Below are positions 56,159-64,000 of a stretch of 64,000 bases of DNA, in pieces. A program made the translations under genes and the position numbers. Location of the stretch: the NCBI GenBank assembly GCA_004764695.1, contig SMSO01000014.1, forward strand, positions 6,624,029 to 6,688,028, in the 5' to 3' direction. The notes under the pieces are model-generated. The model was not told the DNA's origin, did not search any database, and saw nothing but the letters and a program-made list of their open reading frames with translations. The stretch comes from Schizochytrium sp. TIO01. Lineage: Eukaryota > Protista > Bigyra: Labyrinthulomycetes. The first letter of the stretch is position 1, and each line of letters opens with the position of its first letter.

Positions 56159-57954
56159 ATTATCTTAGAGCGGTGCTCATGATCAAGATATTAGGGTTAC
56201 TCCACGCAACACAAAGTTAAAAAAGAGATGCTGTCAAGGCATTCAATTGTTCTCATTTTTAGTTCTCAATTTACATGCTATTCAATCTAACTAGAAAATA
56301 TCTTTGTTTTTGTAGTTTTTGTACTGCAGGTTTCCCTCTCTTTTATATTCGCAAGCGGTATGCCGAGAGAGCATATGTGGCCCAAACAACATCGGACTAC
56401 TTATCCTGGATTGAAGAAAAGAAAGGTATCAATTTTGCGAATGCACCTGGAAAACATACTTGAGTGTTGAATACTGATTATTACAGAGTCTATCAACAAT
56501 ATTTGCAGCATCCACCGGACATCGGCATCATGGGATTCCTTCTCAGCGACTTTATTCAAGAAGAAACCTCATTTCAATATGTATTTGCTGCGAATAAATA
56601 TTGTCCTGAAATGAAAGCAGCTCTGGCGAGGGCACGTGCTTTGCTTGAATAATCGACAGTGTGGAGGTAGGTAGTACCAGTCCCAGTACCAGTAGAAGTG
56701 ACGCTGCAAGCAAGATCTTTCATTATCCTACCTCCAAGACATAGCCGATTGCGATACCCACGCTGTCAGAGGCATCATTTCGCTCTACCTAGCCAAGGTC
56801 ATGCCTTATGAATTGTCTTTGAGTTGGGCCTTGTCAACCCCACGTTTTCCCCATAAGAAATGCAAGTTTAGTTTTGCAATCTGTGCAGGTTAAACACAAG
56901 GTGGTACACACCTACCTGCATATAACATCCTGCGCTGATAAATACTCTACTGTATAAAGTTAGAGGAAAATGGTGGGAAAAAGAGGAACATTGAAAGAAA
57001 AAGATCACATAATGGCACCTGTGATGAAAGAACCAACGTCAACTTCATCCGGTCACAGTCGCAGATGATGATCTCGATGCCTCGCTCCGCGCAAGTTCAA
57101 GGACGAGAACCGCCTTCCATCGCGTCGCTCTGGGCCCTCGCTGCACCGTAGGTTTCGCACGACCTCGAACCAGGCCTCCCTGCACCTCGAGCGTGCCACG
57201 TGGAATGCGCTTTGGTTCTTTCACAAGGCTTACAGGACGATGGTGATCCGCACATTTACCTACTCGCAATGATTGATTCTCCACCTGCAGCTTCACTCGC
57301 CAGGCGTGATTTTCGTGCCAGCAGCCAAGCATTTCGACCAGCCGCCCAGCAAATGCCTGGCATCTGCACGGCCCCAGCCGCGACGTTCCGCTCAATTTAT
57401 TCGACGCCATCGCAGCTCCTGTTGAGACTATCTGACACCATTTCATTTGCCACAGACGGCATGCCTGTTTCCGAGGTTTCTCAGGAGCGGCGCTCTCGAG
57501 CTCTCGAGGTGGTCTGCGCCGCAGCTGGCCGCGAGCCTGCGGCGGCGGCAGCGGTGGCGGTGGCTTGCAGGCGAGGTCCTCCCCGTTTCGCCAAGCTCAG
57601 CCGTCCTGGCGAGGGCCGGGTGCCAGCGGGCGTGCAGGCATGCAAGCTAAGCCTGCGGGATGAACGAATGCGAGAACGATGATGCTACTTCAGGGCCCAC
57701 TCATGCTGAGAAGGCTGTGCGACGCTGCGAGCTGCGAGGGGGGGGAGGAGGAGGAGGCGAGCGCCGGGCGCGGTTAGAGGTCCTGCAGGCGCGGCGTCGT
57801 CTTCGATGCGGCTCAGAGGCGCAATGTCTCTCGCGGACCTCGGCGTTGCAAGCGCAGACGAAAAGAGAGAAAATTGACGAACAATGATCAACAAAGAATA
57901 AAGAAAGAAATTGTAAATCACAGTTTTAAAGTCAAATTTAAAGTATAAAATCGT

Positions 57955-60900
57955 AGTTTAGAAAAGGAAAAAGAAAAGGAAAAAGAAAAAGAAAAAGAAG
58001 ATAGCGGAGAGTAAAAACTTTGGAGAAGAAGGGAAAGAAAGAACATCGAAGAACATCGAAGAGCGAACTTCAATTTCGTTTCTCTCTCTTACTATGACGG
58101 GAAATATCATTATATCTATCTATTTGTGTGTGTATATGTATATGTATATGTATATGTACATAACAAAAAACAAAACAAACAAAACAAACAAAACAAACAA
58201 AACAAACAAAAAAGATGCAATTTCATCGCGGCGAGCATCTTCAAGGAGAAGATAAGAACCGCACGAACTTCAGAGTTTCAGGGCGCTCTTTTCCTGTGCT
58301 GCTGTGAACATCAACGGCGCCTTTGGGCTGCTTTTCCCGTCCAACTTTCTTCGCAAGTGCCGCTCTTTACGTCCGTTCTGAAGAGCACTTCACTACTTTG
58401 CGAACTCGTGAAAAACCAAACCAAACCAAACCAAAGAAAACCAAACCAAACAAAAGAAAAGAAAACAAAAGAAAAGAAAACAAAAGAAAAGAAAAGAAAA
58501 CAAAAGAAAAGCGAGCAAGCAAGCCTGTTCCAGTTCTGCCCGTTCTCCAGGTGGAATCACTCACTATTAGAACACCTACTATGGTTGTCGCTAACAACGT
58601 CAATAGCACACGAGGGAGCAAGAAGAAAAGGAAAAGAAAACGGGATAGAAAGAAAAAGAAAAGAAAAGAAGACGGGCTTCATGGGCAGAACCACCTTAAT
58701 CCGCGTCCTTGTGATATGCCAGTATTACCAAGCCCTCCAGCATTTAAGGTCGTAGTGGCCCTGAATTGCAATGCAATTAACTCTAAAAATTAAAATTAAA
58801 ATTGTTTTTGTAGAAATTAAAAACAATTTATGCTAAGAGAAGAAAAATTACAATGAATTGGTAAAATGTAATGTAATGTAATGTAATACAATGCAATGCA
58901 ATGCAATGCAATGCGATACAGTGTTCTGTTCCGTTCTGTTCTCTGTGAAGGTATTGTGATGCTCTGTTACGAAAAAGGTTATAATGTCCAAAATGTAATG
59001 GATAAATTGCAATGTAATGCCTTCAACCAAATCCGGAGCGAGCGAGTTTAGGCGAAGCGAACTGAGACATTCTCTGCATACGCTCAGACAGCATAGACCC
59101 GGGGAGCTCACGCACGGGACCAGCGGCTGCAGCGACGTGTATCCCAGCGGCGACGGCTCCTTCGCGAAGTTTGCTTGTGTAGGCGCAGAGCGGAACCAAG
59201 AAGAATTAGGCTGTTCTCTGTGTGCTATCGAGTTTGCACAATCCATGGGAGTTGGGAATACATTGCGTTGTGCTTCGATCTTCAAGCCACGGCAAAGGCG
59301 GATATTGAGGAAAGACGTTGACCGCGATGGTGAGGTTCTCGATCAATCACGACATGGTCCAGGAGGCCGGTTCCTGACGATTCGTGCGGTTTTGTCAAGC
59401 TCGTTTTCGAGGTGCGGGTTTACAGATCGTTCTCGAGGATAGACATTGACTGTCGATTGACAGATTGTTGACTCGATGCTGGAATGAATATCCTCATCTC
59501 ATCTTCTGCTCATGTCATTTGCAAAGCTCAACTCATCGATCAGAGGATCACTCTTTGACCCAAAGAATCGGAGTGAATTCATTCCAAAGCACGGTTTACA
59601 TTCTTCATGAAGCCGTGGCACAAAGCACAGCCTCGCATCATTGACATCCACGCGACGGCCACAGCAATGTTCTTATACTATTTACAACATTTGCGCTATC
59701 CTCGAAAGCTTCGACTTCAATCCGCTTTAATTTGGTTTGATTTGGTTTGATTTGGTTTGGTTTTGGTTTGGTTTTGGTTTGCTCTGCACTGCTTTCACAA
59801 CCCAACTTTACAAACAAAGTTGATAAGCACGTTTTAACGCCCTTTTTCCACAGAGAAGAAAGAGAAAGAACGGCCTCATTTACTCCTAAGGTATATGTTA
59901 TGTGCAGCCTTACTTGGAGGAAGATGAGAAAAATATCTTTCGATAAGTAACCAATGCGTAACATTTCATTCATTCATTCATTCATTCATTGATTCATTGA
60001 TTCATTGATTCATTCACACAGACGTACAGACATAAATACACGAATAGAACATGGATTTATTCTGCTGTTCTAAACTATATCTTGGAATGAATATCGCTAT
60101 GCAAATCAGCGACGCGAGTGCATCGATGCCTAAATCAGCGCGTAATCAACGGTGTTCTGAATGTAAAGTTGGCAAACTTGAGCCTTTGCAAATGAATGAA
60201 TGAATGAATGAATGAATGAATGAATGATGATTATGAATGAATAAATGGGTAACTTGAAATAAACAATGCGACTTTGAAAAGAAACTGAAAGAAGAAGAAA
60301 GAAGAAAAAGGAAAAAGAAGAACTGCGCTGCAGAAAGGAATATCTTTCGCGCTCGAAGCGCGAAGAGGCGGAGGCGGCGCTCCTCGCGGGCCCCCCGAGG
60401 GCTCGTGGCGGCCCACAAGAGCCCTTGGAAGCCCGCGGACGAGGCCAGGGGCGCAGGAGAGGTCAGCGGCAGCAGCTGGCGCCACCGCGGCTGCGTGAGG
60501 CAATGCAGGAATGAGCGATGGCGTCGCTGCTTTCACTCACGATTGTGCGTGTCTCTCTCTCTGCTCTTATGGCCTACCGACCCCTAGAGATACCGCTAAG
60601 TGGGAGAAAGAGCTTTTCCTTTCTTTCTCTCTTTCTTTCTCTCTTTTTCTGTATATGTTTCTTTCTTTCTTTCTGTGTATGTTCTTTCTTTGTTTCTTTC
60701 TCTCTTTCTTTCTGTATATGTTTCTGTATTTCTTTGTTATTGTATATGCTTTTCTTTCTGTATATGTTTCTGTATTTCTTTGTTATTGTATATGTTTCTT
60801 TCGTTGTTTCTGTATATGTTTCTGTATTTCTCTCTTTCGCTTGGAAAGAAAGAGGAAAAGATAGGTTATAGGATATCTATTGGAGTAAGTAATTGCAGAG

Positions 60901-61260
60901 AGGGCGAAGCAATGTTGAAGGCACATACATGTCAGAGGCTTTGGGAGATCGTTGAGGTCGTTGCGGATCAACCCGCATCGCTGGGAAAGATGAGGTGTGT
61001 GTAATATGGAAAGGGAACTGACTATACAAGTTGTTGATGGCTTAGTTGGGTTCGTTCGTTTGTTTGTTTGTTTAATTGATTTCTTTCCTTTTTCATGCTG
61101 TTTGTTTATTTGTTTGTTTAATTGATTGATTGATTTCTTTCTTTCTTCGCTCATATGTTTGTTTATATGTTTGTTTGTTTAACTAATTTGTTTCTTTTTT
61201 AATGTTATTATTATTAATTGCATGTTTGCATGTTTGCTTTTCTTTCTCTCTTTCTCCTTT
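57955..61260. repeat. Compound microsatellite field: (AAAAG)n, (GTATAT)n, (AAAC)n, (CCAAA)n, (AATGT/AATGC)n, (TTTGG)n, (TTCA)n, (ATGA)n, (TTTC)n, a degenerate TTCTGTATATGT minisatellite and (TTTG)n
   Basis: Visible in the sequence; it explains the many low-complexity ORFs in the track. Confidence 0.9.
60340..60544 (+). promoter_or_regulatory. GC-rich putative promoter/first non-coding exon of hslU
   Basis: GC island at the point where purine/pyrimidine skew flips. It is followed by a candidate GTGCGT donor at 60545 and a polypyrimidine-TGCAG acceptor at 61267. Confidence 0.45.
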
Positions 61261-61442
61261 TCTGCAGATCGGGAACGCGGCGACGGCGGCGCTCTCCCTT
61301 GCGGTCTTCAGGATCCTCCAGGTTCTCACGCAGCTGCACTCGGCCAGCTGCAGCAGTCTTTCCCACGCTCTTCTGTACGCGTTCTGCTTCGACTTCGTGG
61401 CCTCCGGAACGTGTTGGATTGATCGTTCATTCGAAGAAGACC

Positions 61443-63269
61443 ATGATGTTGGGCGCTCTGCGGCGCGCCATGGCGCAAGCCCCTTCCGCTCTGGCAGCTG
61501 GCGCTGCGAGATCAGGACAGGCAGCTCGCCTGTCCTCTGTTTCAACTGTCTCCCGCCAGGCCACTAACCTGGCGCCGGCCCTCAGGCTTCGCGAGGCTGC
61601 CGCCGGAGACACAAGCGCCGCCGAGGCGCTCCTCGCTATGCTCAGTAACCGCGCGGACAGCGATGATAAAAAGGACGGTGTCGCAAAGGAGCCTGTCAAG
61701 GACGAGGAAAAGAAGGTCCAGGAGGCCAAGGATTCAAAAGAGACCGAGTCCAAGACCGGAGGCGACGGCGGAGATGATGACGATGATGATGACGATGATG
61801 AAGAGGAGCTGATGGAGGCAGCCAAGGCACTCCTGGGCGAGGACAAGATGGCCGGACTGCTTGACCAGACCCCAATGAAGCCTAGCGAGATTGTTTCCGA
61901 GCTGGACAAGCACATCGTTGGCCAGAGGGAGGCCAAGAGGTCTGTAGCGATCGCGCTCAGAAACAGATGGCGAAGACTGCAGCTTGGAGATGATCTGCGC
62001 GATGAAGTGCAGCCAAAGAACATCCTGATGATTGGACCCACCGGATGCGGAAAAACTGAGATTGCACGCCGACTTGCAAAGCTCTCCCAGGCACCGTTTG
62101 TCAAGGTGGAAGCAACCAAGTTCACTGAGGTCGGTTTCCATGGTCGCGATGTGGATAAGATCATCCAAGACCTCGTAGAGGCCAGTATCCAGATCACCAA
62201 GCAGATCAAGACAGAGGCACAGGCCCGCGAGGTTGAGCGCGCTGTAGAGGCACAGATCCTTGACATCTTGACCGGCAAGAGCAGCAAGGCCACGCGCAAG
62301 TCGTTTAGGGACCTCCTGCGTAAGGGCGAGCTTGACAAGCACAGCATCACCATTGATGCCCCCGTGCAGGGCGGACCTGGTGGCAGCGGACCCTTCCCGC
62401 TCGCCATTGAGGGCTCTGCTGCCAACCCTGTGCAGATGAACCAGCTTTTTGCTCAACTCGGCAAGATGATGGGCGGCCAGAAGAAGGAGCGCCGTAAGAT
62501 GACCATCGCTGAGGCCAAGCGTATTCTCGCCGACATGGAGATGGAGCAGCGCCTGGAGAACGTGGATCTCACCAAGGAGGCTATCCACCTTGCCGAGCAG
62601 AACGGTATTGTCTTCATCGATGAGATCGATAAGATCGTTAGTGGCGACTCGCGCAGCTCTGCTGATGCATCTGCCGAGGGTGTGCAGCGCGATTTGCTCC
62701 CGCTCATTGAGGGATCCGTCGTCAACACCAAGCACGGAAACGTGGACACCAACCACATCCTCTTTATCACCTCGGGTGCCTTCCACGTGAGTTCCCCTTC
62801 GGATCTCCTTCCCGAGCTTCAGGGCCGTCTGCCCATCCGCGTTGAGCTCCAGGGCCTCACGGAGAAGGACCTGTACCGTATCCTCACTGTGCCCCAGGCC
62901 AACCTCGTTACCCAGCAGATCAGCTTGCTCCGCACTGAGGGCGTCGACGTAGAGTTCGATGCTGAGGCCATCAAGGAGATGGCACACATTGCCGCCGAGG
63001 TCAACAACACCATTGAGAACATTGGCGCTCGTCGCTTGCACACCATCATGGAGCGCGTCGTTGAGGAGATCTCCTTCTACGCCCCGGAGCTCATTGATAA
63101 CTTCAAAGACGGAAAGCCATTAGCTGACCCTGAGCTTGCCAAGGTTTACAAGGTTGAGCCGGGCAAGGCCGATGGCGACCTGCCCCGCATTATCATCACC
63201 AAGGATATTGTTTCTAGCAAGATTGGTGACTTGCTCCAGAAGTCTGACTTTGACCGCTTCATCCTTTAG
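61443..63269 (+). CDS. hslU: Mitochondrial ATP-dependent protease ATPase subunit HslU (ClpY)
   Basis: PSEIVSELDKHIVGQ..AKRSVAIALRNRWRR, PKNILMIGPTGCGKTEIARRLA, FIDEIDKI, GVQRDLLPLIEG, ELQGRLPIRV, NIGARRLHT and the C-terminal RFIL. An R/A/S-rich transit peptide begins at the ATG at 61443. The ORF-track extension to 61218 is intron/UTR. Confidence 0.96.
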   Translation: MMLGALRRAMAQAPSALAAGAARSGQAARLSSVSTVSRQATNLAPALRLREAAAGDTSAAEALLAMLSNRADSDDKKDGVAKEPVKDEEKKVQEAKDSKETESKTGGDGGDDDDDDDDDEEELMEAAKALLGEDKMAGLLDQTPMKPSEIVSELDKHIVGQREAKRSVAIALRNRWRRLQLGDDLRDEVQPKNILMIGPTGCGKTEIARRLAKLSQAPFVKVEATKFTEVGFHGRDVDKIIQDLVEASIQITKQIKTEAQAREVERAVEAQILDILTGKSSKATRKSFRDLLRKGELDKHSITIDAPVQGGPGGSGPFPLAIEGSAANPVQMNQLFAQLGKMMGGQKKERRKMTIAEAKRILADMEMEQRLENVDLTKEAIHLAEQNGIVFIDEIDKIVSGDSRSSADASAEGVQRDLLPLIEGSVVNTKHGNVDTNHILFITSGAFHVSSPSDLLPELQGRLPIRVELQGLTEKDLYRILTVPQANLVTQQISLLRTEGVDVEFDAEAIKEMAHIAAEVNNTIENIGARRLHTIMERVVEEISFYAPELIDNFKDGKPLADPELAKVYKVEPGKADGDLPRIIITKDIVSSKIGDLLQKSDFDRFIL

Positions 63270-63326
63270 ACACACACCACTCAAACAGGTTAATTACATT
63301 TTGGCACTCGGATAATATCCCAAATT

Positions 63327-63374
63327 TACTACTACTACTACTATTACTTCTACTACTACTTCTACTACTACTAC
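63327..63374. repeat. (TAC)n microsatellite in the hslU 3' region
   Basis: Visible in the sequence. Confidence 0.9.
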
Positions 63375-64000
63375 ATCATTTTGCTTGTCTTTACTGTTAA
63401 CGGGGCCAGTTGTCTTCTTCTCCGGAATCACCTACAAACTCAGCTTTGCCTGTTGTTACCATACGCGCACTGTTGAAGCATAAACACCTCTACCTATTTT
63501 TGGAATTGCATTCACTTCGGTACTCTTGAAAAGAACTCTGAGGTATCCCTAGTGCTTGTTTTCCTGTGGTTTATCACTGTTTAATGGGGCTATTAATAGG
63601 ACCTGGAAACACTCATGTTCTTGCACACCAAATGGATTTATCTTTTCCGTTGTGCAGGATAAGCCCCAAACTAGGTATTCTGCTTTTTTTTTTTTTCTTT
63701 CCTTTTTTTAAAGTATAAGAGCGCATTCATGTCAACCTGAGTTATTGTCAGCGTAGAACCTTGCTTACCTCATTGAACATCTTATTCTGAATCATCAAAT
63801 GAGTGCAGCCCTTTTGATGTTTCTGCATTGAGTGTGGTGAGCATTGTCATTATTCTCCCCTGGGAACTGAGGAACTTCCCTCCAAATGCGAACATAGGCT
63901 TTTACTAAATTTCAACAAGGAGATAAACCGTATATTCTAAAAGAAAAGCTCAAGACGATTCACCATCAAATAATTACTATCCAAGTGCATCACCATCATC

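Noticed and set aside
58126-61154. ORFs such as 58126-58755, 58323-58793 and 60511-61004
   Set aside because: They are translations of microsatellites.
61218-61442. 75-aa N-terminal extension of HslU in the ORF track
   Set aside because: It starts at a non-ATG codon within a polypyrimidine intron end, and the transit peptide begins at the ATG at 61443.
61427-63041. Long antisense ORFs (332 and 435 aa) opposite hslU
   Set aside because: These are shadow ORFs produced by strong codon bias on the sense strand and have no protein-like motifs.

Overview
This is eukaryotic, intron-poor nuclear DNA with microsatellite-rich intergenic and UTR regions, flagellar outer-arm dynein genes and a mitochondrial HslU. 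That combination best fits a flagellated stramenopile, probably a thraustochytrid (inference). About 14 genes are supported: a catalytically degenerate SWR1/p400-like SNF2-Myb protein (5'-truncated by the window edge), a 3-exon FAD-dependent oxidoreductase, WDR81, an unknown coiled-coil protein, a membrane metallophosphoesterase, ASF1, XRCC3, ODA docking-complex DC2/ODAD1, DNAI2, a small TPR protein, a class-3 lipase, an SH3-fold/TPR protein, a ~2430-aa ARM-WW-ARM-PH protein broken by four +1 frameshifts, and HslU. An accessory island that the ORF track misses lies between the two dynein genes. It holds a truncated LRR gene built from tandem one-repeat-per-exon cassettes (84/96-nt phase-2 exons, variable binding-face codons, conserved introns) and a decayed REase-kinase pseudogene. 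No tRNA, rRNA, CRISPR array or intact transposon was recognised. All calls come from motif recognition by eye; no searches were run.
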